A stretch of DNA of 64,000 nucleotides from Poseidonia sp. (GTDB lineage Archaea > Thermoplasmatota > Poseidoniia > Poseidoniales > Poseidoniaceae). How positions within the stretch are numbered: the stretch's first letter is position 1; each line of letters opens with the position of its first letter. This document shows, piece by piece, positions 21,324-31,628 of this stretch. The notes below the pieces were generated by a model. It was not told the DNA's origin. It was given only the letters and a program-made list of their open reading frames with translations, and searched no databases. Made by a program: the position numbers and the translations under genes. The stretch is from contig JAURAI010000001.1 of NCBI GenBank assembly GCA_030829545.1, forward strand, positions 4,123-68,122, written 5' to 3'.

Positions 21324-22124
21324 TCAATTCATGATGCTCTCGGGCACCATCGTAATCGAATACCCAGCGTCGACGTAAATGCACTGCCCCGTTACGCCCG
21401 AGGACAGCGGGCTCGAGAGCCAGAGCGTAGCTCCTGCCACATCTTCTTGGCTGACATTTCGTCGCAAAGGAGCATTGGCTTCAACATGGTCGAGAATACG
21501 GTCGAAGCCTGGAATGCCCCCCGCAGCGATGGTACGAATGGGTCCCGAGGAAATGGCATTGATACGATGTCCTTCTGGGCCGAGGTGGCATGCCAATTCT
21601 CGCGTCCAGCATTCAAGGGCAGCCTTTGCCATGGACATGATGCCGTAATTAGGGACGTATCGGTTAGATGCAGCATAGGTAAGCGTGACCGTTGAAGAGC
21701 CCGGGTTGAGATAGGGCAAAGCGTGTTTAAGACAACGCTGAAGGGAATTCGCCGAGATGGTCATGGCGGTGTTGATGTCTTGGTCTTCGACGAAGAGAAT
21801 GGGGCGGTCAAAGCAAGCACGAGGTGCAAAACCAATGGCGTGTATGAGGATATCCGCCTTTTTACCGGGGTGGTCTTTTGCGAATGCCGTGAAGAATTCA
21901 GCCGTTGATTCATCCCCAGCGACGTCAAGTGGATAGAATCCGTCGATGGCGGGCAACTCGTCTTTGAGCTTGAAAACTCTGCTCATGAATCGCTTCTGGT
22001 ATCCCAAATAGAGGGTCACTCCAGCCGCTGCTAATTGTTTGCAAATGGCCCAAGCGATGGAGTCCTCACTGGCCACCCCGAAAACAAAGGCTGTTTTTCC
22101 TTCTAATCCAATCATGAAAAACAC
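21324..22124 (-). CDS. fabI: Enoyl-ACP reductase (FabI family)
   Basis: GVASEDSIAWAI, HAIGFAP, YGIMSMAKAALE, NAISSGPIRT. Confidence 0.9.
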   Translation of the reverse strand: MFFMIGLEGKTAFVFGVASEDSIAWAICKQLAAAGVTLYLGYQKRFMSRVFKLKDELPAIDGFYPLDVAGDESTAEFFTAFAKDHPGKKADILIHAIGFAPRACFDRPILFVEDQDINTAMTISANSLQRCLKHALPYLNPGSSTVTLTYAASNRYVPNYGIMSMAKAALECWTRELACHLGPEGHRINAISSGPIRTIAAGGIPGFDRILDHVEANAPLRRNVSQEDVAGATLWLSSPLSSGVTGQCIYVDAGYSITMVPESIMN

Positions 22125-22233
22125 TCCGTAGATAACAGGTGTAGTGCGCTACACCAAGCCTTTGAGTGTTACCCTTCCAAACGAGGTACATCGGCCGAGT
22201 TCATGACCTTAGAGAAAATGCCGCAAGTTGTAT

Positions 22234-23322
22234 TCACAAGTCGGCAAAGGCGGCGTCAAGATCATCGTCATCGTCATCATCAAGGAAGAGATCATCAAGG
22301 TCTGAAAGGTCCAAATCGTCAACCTCATCAGGCTCATCAGGCTCATCCTCAAGATCAACGGTGGGCACATACATTGGTTGTGAGTTGGCACGACGTCGCA
22401 GTGCGCGAGCCATAGCGACGATGAGAACCAAACCAAAGATGGCAGCACCTGCGATACTGCCATAGAGAACAAGGGTGTCTTTGTTCACTTCCTCAAGACC
22501 GCCTCCCAATCCGCCTGCGGACGCACTTGCTTCCAATTGAACCGAAATTGTTACTTCGCTTACTGCAGCGTCTGGGTCGTTTTCACTTGTTGCTTGGAAA
22601 ATGAGTTGGTGCCGTGAATCTTCACCCACTTTAGAAGGGGCTCGAACAGTGAGTTCTCGGACCGTAGAAACCCCGTCTTCGCTGACCGATTCAGCAACGA
22701 ATGTTCCATCAGGGAAGGTGAATCCAAGTTCTTCAAGTTCGTCAACATTGACGATATTGACGCTGATTCTGTCGTCATCATTACCGTTGTTTTGGAACTG
22801 GAAAGAGACCTTGACTTGCTCGCTCTCCCCCATGGTCCTCGTACTCTTGTCAGAGACATCCAGGTCAACCATACCATAAGTTCCAATGTTCAAATCACCG
22901 TTCACGCTTGCATTGGAGGCGAGTGCTTCTGGCCACTCCAATACACCGACATTGGTGACTGATGCAATCAAGGTGAATTCGTAAGAGATGGACGAGGACA
23001 TGCGTTTTTGTCCAGTGAAGGTTACAGTGAAATCTTCTTCTTCGTCAGGACCCAGGTCGAAGGTGTCTTCTTCCAAGATCATGTCAACTTCAATGCCGCC
23101 CCATTCCTTCTCAACACTGATCGACTCTTGGAAGGAAGAGGGATTCTTGACCGTGCATGTGATTTCAATTGAGGGGGTATTGAGTGGGTGTACGTCCAGT
23201 TCAGGTTGCTTTTCATCGCATTCGATTTCAACCCCTGGCGCGGTTGGAGTCTGAGCGCTTACCGGCATTGATGCAAGAAGCAGCGCGATGGTGACGAGAA
23301 CCAGACTTCGCGCGTGTTGCAT
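22234..23322 (-). CDS. Secreted beta-rich protein with C-terminal TM anchor and acidic tail
   Basis: Signal peptide, Ig-like segments, TM followed by RRR, Asp-rich tail. Confidence 0.75.
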   Translation of the reverse strand: MQHARSLVLVTIALLLASMPVSAQTPTAPGVEIECDEKQPELDVHPLNTPSIEITCTVKNPSSFQESISVEKEWGGIEVDMILEEDTFDLGPDEEEDFTVTFTGQKRMSSSISYEFTLIASVTNVGVLEWPEALASNASVNGDLNIGTYGMVDLDVSDKSTRTMGESEQVKVSFQFQNNGNDDDRISVNIVNVDELEELGFTFPDGTFVAESVSEDGVSTVRELTVRAPSKVGEDSRHQLIFQATSENDPDAAVSEVTISVQLEASASAGGLGGGLEEVNKDTLVLYGSIAGAAIFGLVLIVAMARALRRRANSQPMYVPTVDLEDEPDEPDEVDDLDLSDLDDLFLDDDDDDDLDAAFADL

Positions 23323-23401
23323 AGCGGCCACAGTAGAAGGGTGTGGATTCTCTTTCATCAATGTGATGGGAGATTGGGTGACTTAAAGGGTGAATCTAAA
23401 T

Positions 23402-24283
23402 TCATGAAGAAGCAGGAGATTCCCCATAAACTTTCAGCGCTAACTCGTGGTGTGTCGTCCAAAGAACGTCCTCCTCAACACCGGCTTCAAGAAGTTGTTT
23501 CGTTCGCTTTGGCACCGTCTTTGGACCCAAAACGGCACCTGGTCTCCGGGGGTCGTCCATGTAATCTGTTTCCAAAAAAAAGCCATGACTTGAGGCACTC
23601 TGAGTTTCAATCAAACGATCAAGTGCCCCTTTACCAATTAACACGCTCGGGGTTAACCCGTGTGTATGGCTCGCACGAACATCGGGAGGCGAGTAGTGAC
23701 GAACCAATTTGACCAAATCCATCCCTTGTTTGGTCGCTCTTGCAGCAAGGTCTGGATAGGTGGCATCGCTTTCGCCTTCGACGTGCAATTGCAACGGAAT
23801 ACCCTCCTGTGCAGCAAGATGCATGGTTTCATCGAGCAGCATGTTGGACAAATCCCAAATGTGTTCTGAAACCTTCCAGTGAGGACGCCCCACCTCTCCG
23901 ATAGCATGGGCTTGACCCTCGTGAACAAAATGAAGAGCAGCATCGATGGAATGTCGATAATTCTCGATGGCCCGTTCCTGACCTGCATCGCCTTCTTCTT
24001 CCACCCAGCGCTCGAACTGATGGGCAAATGCTGCAGGATGTGGTCCCAAGACGACTCTCACTCCCAAACCCACTTCGTGGCGAACTGCTTCAGCCATGCC
24101 AAGCGTATCAGCATAGGATTCAGTATGGCCTTGAAGCGTCTCCGGAGGTTGTCGGAAATCGGGACAGTGAACCAGCACGATGTCGGTGCCACCTGCACGC
24201 TGGAAATCTTTAGCGGCATCCAAATAGCGTCCATTTCGATTGAGATGGAAGTGATTATCCAGAATCGGACCGTAGTAGGTCAT
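23402..24283 (-). CDS. TatD-family metal-dependent hydrolase
   Basis: DNHFH, GPHP, IGEVGRPH, ETDY motifs. Confidence 0.88.
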   Translation of the reverse strand: MTYYGPILDNHFHLNRNGRYLDAAKDFQRAGGTDIVLVHCPDFRQPPETLQGHTESYADTLGMAEAVRHEVGLGVRVVLGPHPAAFAHQFERWVEEEGDAGQERAIENYRHSIDAALHFVHEGQAHAIGEVGRPHWKVSEHIWDLSNMLLDETMHLAAQEGIPLQLHVEGESDATYPDLAARATKQGMDLVKLVRHYSPPDVRASHTHGLTPSVLIGKGALDRLIETQSASSHGFFLETDYMDDPRRPGAVLGPKTVPKRTKQLLEAGVEEDVLWTTHHELALKVYGESPASS

Positions 24284-24292
24284 GCCATCGCC

Positions 24293-24835
24293 TCAAATTC
24301 GCTCGACAAAATATCCGCCGTCGGTGAGGACTGACTTCCAATATACCGCTGCCATCGCGACCATGTTGGGGTGACGAGCATCTGCGACAATCCCTTTCCC
24401 GTTGGGCCAAAGTTGAACGGTCAAATTATGCCTTGAATCGTGAATCGTGGTGCAACCGAGACGTTGGTCGTATTCTGCTTTACCAGAGGTTAATTGTGCT
24501 GGTATCGCCTGAAGGTTGATGTTCTGTTCAAATTGGAACGAGGCTACAACCGGCCCCATTTCAGCAACCAGACCACTGTCGTCCATGCCCAAACGAAGCA
24601 GCAATTCCTTCGCAGCTGCACGGGCCGCTTCGATGCGGTGCGTCCCATGAACAACAATACGGCCTTCTTCATCGATGACCAAGGTGGCACGGGGGCGGTC
24701 AAGCGCCTTGATGACGACACCGCTGTTCCGCTGCCCACCAACTTCTGTCACGACTTGATCGTGATTGACGGGCGTTGGGCAGACGAAGCGTACGAGTTGG
24801 TTTTCAACGCGAACATCCATTGAACCGGCTGTCAT
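24293..24835 (-). CDS. Divergent TATA-binding-protein (TBP)-fold protein
   Basis: Two TBP-like half repeats: DVRVENQLVR...RPRATLVIDEEGRIVVHG and PVVASFQFEQNINLQAI...AEYD...QLWPNGKGIVAD. Confidence 0.7.
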   Translation of the reverse strand: MTAGSMDVRVENQLVRFVCPTPVNHDQVVTEVGGQRNSGVVIKALDRPRATLVIDEEGRIVVHGTHRIEAARAAAKELLLRLGMDDSGLVAEMGPVVASFQFEQNINLQAIPAQLTSGKAEYDQRLGCTTIHDSRHNLTVQLWPNGKGIVADARHPNMVAMAAVYWKSVLTDGGYFVERI

Positions 24836-24836
24836 C

Positions 24837-25643
24837 TCATTCCTCCTCCATGCCAACGGGGTCTGTTGGTGTTGATGAAATCTCCTCAGGAGCAGGGTGG
24901 CTGCTCAGTGCTTCGAGGATACTGTGTCTTTGAGGCATGTGAAGTGCTACCAGAAGGGTTGCATCATCTCCAAGATCTTCACGTAAGGAGGCTAAGGCCC
25001 CACGTATTCGGCATGCATAGCGTTGATCTCTTCGCTGATGAAGGACTGGAGTACTGAGCCATTCACACATATCCCACCAAGCGCCTGCCAGTACACTGGC
25101 ACTTGACAAATCGGTCGACTGGCCCTTTGGGGGCGGCTGAGCAAGGAAGAGATGGGCCTTCACAAAGCGTTTCCATCGTTTGGTGACCCGAACCATGCCG
25201 AGCAACTTTCGCCAATGAGATACAGCTTTTGCCTCCTGTGTGAGATAATCGCTCCAATCTTCATCATCCGCAAGAGGTTCAATGAAGAAAACAGGGCGCT
25301 CGTGGCGTGTTGCATTTCGTTGCAGGCGACGTGGCTCGGGGTCTGGAAATCTGCCTCCTTGGATGTCATCAAGTTCGTTAATCCCTTCGAGGTACTTCCC
25401 AAAGGCACCACCTGAAAGAAGACCGTGAGTGAGGTTGATTCCTTGTGATTCAAGCTCGTCCTTCTCTTCTTGAATCCACAAATCTACGATATCCGGTGCG
25501 TCAAGCAACGCCAAACCATGCCACTGATCTCTGGGGCGCATGGCGTTGGGAAAAACCACGGTAGGAAGTGTCCCGTGAAGAATCACCCGACCGCCTTCGG
25601 GGTCTTTCCAGACCATGTCGGCCCAGTCGTGCTGGGAATTCAT
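24837..25643 (-). CDS. Hypothetical protein
   Basis: 268-aa ORF tightly packed in a co-directional run. Confidence 0.7.
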   Translation of the reverse strand: MNSQHDWADMVWKDPEGGRVILHGTLPTVVFPNAMRPRDQWHGLALLDAPDIVDLWIQEEKDELESQGINLTHGLLSGGAFGKYLEGINELDDIQGGRFPDPEPRRLQRNATRHERPVFFIEPLADDEDWSDYLTQEAKAVSHWRKLLGMVRVTKRWKRFVKAHLFLAQPPPKGQSTDLSSASVLAGAWWDMCEWLSTPVLHQRRDQRYACRIRGALASLREDLGDDATLLVALHMPQRHSILEALSSHPAPEEISSTPTDPVGMEEE

Positions 25644-25652
25644 GCAGATGCC

Positions 25653-28600
25653 TCACTGGTTGTTGACCCAATCGTGCAGGGATTCTATGTTCCATCCTTG
25701 GTCGAAATAACCTTGGATTTCTTCTTGAGTCCACTGAGGGAATGCTTCCATCGCTCGTGCCATTTCAGGATCGACATTTGCTGGAATCTGTGCGAGAACC
25801 TTTTGTTCGCCGTAGCCTGCATCATCGTCTTCATCCTCGTATTCATCATCGAACATGGAGCCGCCTGAGCCTGCTCCTCGGCGTGCAAAGACGAAGACCA
25901 ATGTTCCGAGAACACCGATGACAACGACCAGAAGAACGACGATTAGGAGCATCGAAGAACTGTCTTCCTCTTGTGCTACCTTGACGTTGAATGCATCACC
26001 TGCTGCTGAACCATCGTAGAGGGGCGTACTGGACCCGTTTAGGGTGATAACGTAGTACATTCCTGTTGTTTGGGCACCAAAAGGCTCGAGTGTGACTTTA
26101 ATCCAATCGCTCGTTTCTGCAATATCTAACTCATCTGATTCCACGGTGCGCTCAATGACGGGCGTCCCACCGTCGGTGACTGATTTAATCACCAATTCAG
26201 CAACACCTGCCATGCTTCCAGTGTTCTTGACCTTGATACGCAAATCCATGCTCTCTCCGACTCGTGGTTCTGAATCGATCAGAACATCTTGGATTTCGAA
26301 TTTGGCCTCTTCACGAATGAAGGAGTATTCTGACTTGTATTGAGGTTGACCAGAGAAGATGGGAAGCACTGAGCCGTCATCTTGAGGACCGCCACCCAAA
26401 CGGACGGTTGAACCTGCGGAATCTGCACCAGAGACCCAGAAGATAAGTTCTACACCGTCCCAATCGCCTTCAGGTTCGTAGACGTCATTCGTGATAGGCC
26501 AGAGGTCAACGCACTCTGCTGTGGCAAGGTAGCCACCGCCCATGGTACTCAAAGAAAGAGTCTGTGAACCTGGTTCTGCATCAAAGTACTTGACATATTC
26601 ATTCCACTTGATATCGTTGATGTTGTCTTGGTAAAACATCCAATTGACCTGTAAGTCACCGGGGAACATCGCTTCTTGCTCCTTGATTTGAACCTGCATG
26701 TCAACGCAATGGTATACTGCGGTTGAAAGGACGTTGCTGATGATTCGGTCAGGAGCAGTGGCATCCAATGCACCTTTTTGGGCGAGCCACGTATTCGAGA
26801 CGACTTCAGGTGGCGTACGGTCGACCTTGAGGGTGAAGGATTGACACCCAAAGGATGTGGAAGTAGCACAGAAGGCTGAGGTGAAGTCTTCTGCCCCATC
26901 TGGTAGGTTGATGAGTTTGAATTCGTATTCATACTCATTTGTGAAAACTGGGGCTGTGATGTTGAAGTCAAAGACGCCACCGGTAAAGGTATGCGTGATG
27001 GTTTCACCTGGTGTTGAAATATAGCCCTTACCGAAATCTTCTGAGGCATCTTTCCGGATGATTTCCATCGTAAGTTCAACTTCAGGGTTGATGTAAACAC
27101 TGTTGTAAATCCCTTCTCTGAAGGCGTATTGTCCGGTGAACCGAATGGTATCTCCTGCAAAGACAAATCCTTGGCGAACATCTTGAGTTGTAGGTTCACT
27201 CATGTCCTCAAAGGTAGGTGTAATCATCAGATTATTGACTTCATCCGTTCGCAAATCAAGTTGGATGCCGTCGTAATACCTCCAAATTTGGATGTATCGG
27301 CCCGGCACACCAGAAAGCATGGTGTAGAGTGGATTGTCAAGGTCCTGCATTTGCAAACGAGGCTCGAGGTCCTTACCGTCCATACCAACGATACCCCAAT
27401 TGATGCGGATGGGAATGTTGAGAATGAAATCAGATTCAAACGGATCGATCAGGGCAAAGCCATCCATGTTGAGCATAGAGGGAGAGGTCGTGCCGTCATC
27501 CACAATTTCGATGTGAGGGCTGTTAGTCCATGCTGTTTCATTCCGAGGGAAGTAATAGATGATCATATCATCGGATGTTTTGTCAAGATTCAATTGGAAG
27601 AAATCTACGTCACGCCATCCGTTATCATCACTGGCTTCCATGATGAGATGGTAGGTATTTCCAGCATACATGGTTTGATTCCATGTGCCATCCCACTGGT
27701 TGGCATTGGAGTTGAGGAAACCATTGCCCTGAGAGTCTTCGATGAAGAAATTACGAATGACAGGTGTCTTTGAAGTCATGGAGACATAGGTAATTTTGTC
27801 ATCATCAAATCCAAAAGAACCACCGTCAATCGGGTTTCCTGCAAGGTCAAAGCCCTCAATCCACATCGAAACTTTCCCTTCAAGTCCTTCGTTAGCAACG
27901 TCGTTGTACTCGCCGCTATAGTTGGCAGTAGGAGCGGCTCCATCACCGTTCATGATGACGGTGATGTACTCGTCAGCATCGGGTTGGCCGTTGTCGTTGT
28001 CGTCGTGGTCGTGCTCAACCCAAATGTGCAAGTCGAGGCTTGCAGGAGGACTGGGGAGGTCCTGACTGGACATTCGAATCTTCTGACTTTGTTGGGGAAC
28101 CACCCAGGTATCATCGACCAATGTTCTCCAATTTTCTTCGACATTCGCATCGGTACCGGGGCTCAGCACTTGTATGTCAAGGAGATTGGGCTCGTAGGTA
28201 TCAATGGAAATATCAAAGGGAATACCACAGGTTTCATCGGGATTGTATTCAGCGGGTGGACAAAGCAAATCGCCTCCCTCATAGCCTCGGATTGCGAATC
28301 GGTAGGTTTCACTTCCCGCAGCGCTTCCAAGATCGACGTTCCAGTTGAAATCACCGCCGATCACGCCAGATCGGTTGGCTACTTCTTCCCATTCGATGGT
28401 AATGTTGCCGTCTGTGGTATTGACGTGCTTGATTTCGAGGACCAAAAAGTACGAAGATGGGTCAGGAGCTTGGTTCAAATCTTCGAGGCGGATTTGTCCG
28501 ACGAGATTGATGTCTTGTCCGGATTCTGCCCCGGTCAAGGATTGGGTGATGCCGATGCTGTTTTGGAGCGTGAACATGGTGATCCCCGCATCGTTTTCAA

Positions 28601-31499
28601 CCGCATTTCCAACGGCAGGGTCAAGCAATACTGCATCTGGCAATCCGTTGACGTTATTGGTTGTCGTCAACCCTGAATACATACGAACAGCTTCAGTGTC
28701 GTCCCAGTTAGGGTTGACACGGAAATGCCAAGTGACCTGCTTACCGTTGGTGATGTCACTTGCTGATGAGGTTGATTCAAGCGTGATGTAATTATTGACA
28801 TCACTGGCTTCGCTGAAGGCCATGAAGTCGGAATAAGCGAGTTTGATGTAGTCGGTTGGTGTTTCGAAGGTGAGCCATGCTTCGGAGAGACTCGTTCCAG
28901 TCACCAGTTCATCGACCACGTGAGTCGTTACGACTTCGTAGATGTCCCCGCTCGGATAGAGGCCAACTGGGTTATTGGTCAGCGAGATGGTGTTGGTATA
29001 ACCCGTGCTGGAGGACACCGACAAGTCTGAGAATTTGACACTACCACCGCTGGATGTGTGAACGGCAATCGGGACCGTAGCCGTTGCCCCTCCAGTCCAC
29101 AAAGCGATGCCTTGGTTCAATTCAATATCAAGCCCATCATTGGAGTTTAAGGTGGTCGAATAATTGTAAACAATGTCGAGGTCGACAACCTTGAGACTGG
29201 TTCCAGAAGATGCATTGGGGGAATCAACACCGAGTCGGAACATCACCCAGTAGCGCCCGAATTCGTCTTGGTGAGTTCCAGGCACTGAAGGATTGGTCAA
29301 TAAATTGTTGAGCGAGTCTTTCAAGGGCATGGAAGGACTCAACATCTCGGGAAGGATTTGACTCGCGTTTGGCATGACTCCTAAATCTTGAGACTGAGAA
29401 CCTGCCATCAGCGATAGAGTGAACCCTTCGGTATCATCGGTGTTCGAGCGGATGCTGACTTGGTCAAAACTCATTTCTGCGCTTGCTACCTCAGCACCTA
29501 CTGGCAAGAGGAAGAAGGCACCCTGTGCTGCCCCATTGACTCCTAATGTCATGGATGCTTCGTCACTGCCGTAGTTGATGTTGTTAACCGTGCTTGAGAT
29601 GAATTGAGTTTGACGGCCGAACATATCGAACGCAGGTTCTGTAAATCCGTAGTCAACATCACCATCGTTGGCGATGTCAATCCGTAGATCATCTGCATGA
29701 TGTCCGAATTCAAGGTCAAACCACATCCCACCGACGTCACAAGGACCTTGATAGGACAATACTGCGCTGAAACCAAACATTGGTGCGGGGAAGTTTGTTT
29801 TCACACCGTCATCAAGTGAGACTGATGTGGTACTTCCAGTTGGATTGATCTGAATGTTGGGGTCTTCTGAGCAATCATCTTGGATATATGGCGTGATGGA
29901 AGTGATAGGATGACTAAATTTGCTGCGTTCAAGTGTTGGTGAAAATTGATGCTTGACGAGTTCTGGAGTGTACATCATCGGCTCGCCACCACCGATTGTT
30001 TGCCATACACCATCGTCAATAGCCGATGGCCCCACGGATGTGAAGTTGAAGCCCGTACCGACACGAGTTCCGATGCTGAAACCGTGCAGGACTGGAGTTG
30101 AAAGGCGGTCGGGACCTGAATTGAAATTAAATCGCAGGTTGACAGCACGATTGAGTTGAGAGTCAATATCCCAAAGTTCGATGATATCCCCGGTGAGACC
30201 TTCCATCATGTTACCGTTCTTATCGGCGATGATGTTGTTTGAAGTGTCAAGGACGTCAACGGTCAAGGTGGCACTTGAGGAGGTTTCTGACTCAATTGAA
30301 ACCACGCCGTAACCGTTTGGATGGTTTTCACCACCCATGACCGAAGGGGTCATGCCCCGGACGATCATGCTTCCATTTTGGGGCAGAACATCGCCCAAGA
30401 GGAAGTTATCGATGTACCATCCAGACATATTGTCATCGATGTTGGCTAGAGTGCTTTCGGTATGGTGCATCACGAAACGCAGTTGCACATACTCGTCAAT
30501 GTAATCGGTGAGATCAATGCCCAGCGTCATCCATCCGCTTGGATTGGTTGGAGTTGTGGACTGTCCAGCAAGCCCGTATTCCCAATCAGACCCGTTTTGC
30601 AAACCTTGGCAGGCAGATCGGATTTTGCCATTCTGACTTCCTGATGCTCCTTGAGCGTAATTGGTTCCGTATTGAATACCAGTGCTCGCTGATGTGTCAA
30701 AGTTGATGTGACTGAATCCACTGTTATCGGGTGGGAAACCGGGATTGGGGGATGAGCGGATTTCAACATATGCGCAGTCCAGGAATCGAAATGTGTTCGT
30801 TTGGGTTCCTGCGGCTGTTTCAAGGTTGTGCCAAGAGTCAAAGGTCACAGTCTTTGATTTCAGCAGAGGGTCTACGAAGAGTTCTGCGGAATGCAATGAT
30901 ACTTTGAATTCAGCAACACCGTTATCATCGGTGTAGTTGTCATCAACCAAATTTGTTCCCCAGCAATCGTTACCTGAAGCGCATCCAGCAGGAGTGTCAC
31001 TCGAACTCAACGAGCCGTGGTCCCAACCGATGCCAGAAAGAGGCATGGTACTCGGGTCGGTCCTGTCCATGAAGTTCGCTCCAGTCCCCTCAAAGTCAGT
31101 AAGGAATCCTTCGGCTTTGAGCGAAACGGGCGTGGGCGTGTTATCCACTTCTATTTGGAACAGTGAAATATCACTGAATTCGGTTAATTGATTGTTGTCG
31201 GCAGGGTCCCAAACGTTCTTTCCTTCTTGTGCTCCGTTCTCCAAATCAATACGAGATTGAGCAGCATGCTCAACCATTGAGGTCGAGATGGTCATGGTTG
31301 CGCCAGTCACGGTTTCTCCGTCGGGGAGATTGATGGCCCCGTCGTTGATATTTACAAGGGGGTTACCGTCACGAATGTCGATTTCTGCTTCTCCAGTTCC
31401 ATTGGCAAAATTCGTCACATTGGCCGCTGCAAGAGGTGCGAGCAGCATCAAAAATACGAGAAATAATGGCGTGGTTTTTCGGGGTGATTTGGTTTGCAT
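25653..31499 (-). CDS. Giant cell-surface protein (~1950 aa) with CARDB-like domain, TM anchor and cytoplasmic tail
   Basis: Signal peptide from MQTKS; acidic and beta-rich; VKNTG CARDB-like motif; C-terminal TM. Confidence 0.85.
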   Translation of the reverse strand: MQTKSPRKTTPLFLVFLMLLAPLAAANVTNFANGTGEAEIDIRDGNPLVNINDGAINLPDGETVTGATMTISTSMVEHAAQSRIDLENGAQEGKNVWDPADNNQLTEFSDISLFQIEVDNTPTPVSLKAEGFLTDFEGTGANFMDRTDPSTMPLSGIGWDHGSLSSSDTPAGCASGNDCWGTNLVDDNYTDDNGVAEFKVSLHSAELFVDPLLKSKTVTFDSWHNLETAAGTQTNTFRFLDCAYVEIRSSPNPGFPPDNSGFSHINFDTSASTGIQYGTNYAQGASGSQNGKIRSACQGLQNGSDWEYGLAGQSTTPTNPSGWMTLGIDLTDYIDEYVQLRFVMHHTESTLANIDDNMSGWYIDNFLLGDVLPQNGSMIVRGMTPSVMGGENHPNGYGVVSIESETSSSATLTVDVLDTSNNIIADKNGNMMEGLTGDIIELWDIDSQLNRAVNLRFNFNSGPDRLSTPVLHGFSIGTRVGTGFNFTSVGPSAIDDGVWQTIGGGEPMMYTPELVKHQFSPTLERSKFSHPITSITPYIQDDCSEDPNIQINPTGSTTSVSLDDGVKTNFPAPMFGFSAVLSYQGPCDVGGMWFDLEFGHHADDLRIDIANDGDVDYGFTEPAFDMFGRQTQFISSTVNNINYGSDEASMTLGVNGAAQGAFFLLPVGAEVASAEMSFDQVSIRSNTDDTEGFTLSLMAGSQSQDLGVMPNASQILPEMLSPSMPLKDSLNNLLTNPSVPGTHQDEFGRYWVMFRLGVDSPNASSGTSLKVVDLDIVYNYSTTLNSNDGLDIELNQGIALWTGGATATVPIAVHTSSGGSVKFSDLSVSSSTGYTNTISLTNNPVGLYPSGDIYEVVTTHVVDELVTGTSLSEAWLTFETPTDYIKLAYSDFMAFSEASDVNNYITLESTSSASDITNGKQVTWHFRVNPNWDDTEAVRMYSGLTTTNNVNGLPDAVLLDPAVGNAVENDAGITMFTLQNSIGITQSLTGAESGQDINLVGQIRLEDLNQAPDPSSYFLVLEIKHVNTTDGNITIEWEEVANRSGVIGGDFNWNVDLGSAAGSETYRFAIRGYEGGDLLCPPAEYNPDETCGIPFDISIDTYEPNLLDIQVLSPGTDANVEENWRTLVDDTWVVPQQSQKIRMSSQDLPSPPASLDLHIWVEHDHDDNDNGQPDADEYITVIMNGDGAAPTANYSGEYNDVANEGLEGKVSMWIEGFDLAGNPIDGGSFGFDDDKITYVSMTSKTPVIRNFFIEDSQGNGFLNSNANQWDGTWNQTMYAGNTYHLIMEASDDNGWRDVDFFQLNLDKTSDDMIIYYFPRNETAWTNSPHIEIVDDGTTSPSMLNMDGFALIDPFESDFILNIPIRINWGIVGMDGKDLEPRLQMQDLDNPLYTMLSGVPGRYIQIWRYYDGIQLDLRTDEVNNLMITPTFEDMSEPTTQDVRQGFVFAGDTIRFTGQYAFREGIYNSVYINPEVELTMEIIRKDASEDFGKGYISTPGETITHTFTGGVFDFNITAPVFTNEYEYEFKLINLPDGAEDFTSAFCATSTSFGCQSFTLKVDRTPPEVVSNTWLAQKGALDATAPDRIISNVLSTAVYHCVDMQVQIKEQEAMFPGDLQVNWMFYQDNINDIKWNEYVKYFDAEPGSQTLSLSTMGGGYLATAECVDLWPITNDVYEPEGDWDGVELIFWVSGADSAGSTVRLGGGPQDDGSVLPIFSGQPQYKSEYSFIREEAKFEIQDVLIDSEPRVGESMDLRIKVKNTGSMAGVAELVIKSVTDGGTPVIERTVESDELDIAETSDWIKVTLEPFGAQTTGMYYVITLNGSSTPLYDGSAAGDAFNVKVAQEEDSSSMLLIVVLLVVVIGVLGTLVFVFARRGAGSGGSMFDDEYEDEDDDAGYGEQKVLAQIPANVDPEMARAMEAFPQWTQEEIQGYFDQGWNIESLHDWVNNQ

Positions 31500-31628
31500 G
31501 GTGTCACCTACGGAATACGGAGGGGAGCACCCCCTAAAATCTCGTCGCTCTGCGGTTTCGCACGAATTCAACTTCAAATACCTTCATTTTGGACGATGGA
31601 TTATGAGGGAGAAGGCCGTGGACGGTCC

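Noticed and set aside
8646-22124. PKS as a genomic island integrated at tRNA-Gly
   Set aside because: No integrase or duplicated tRNA 3' end was seen, and the core gene carS follows the tRNA
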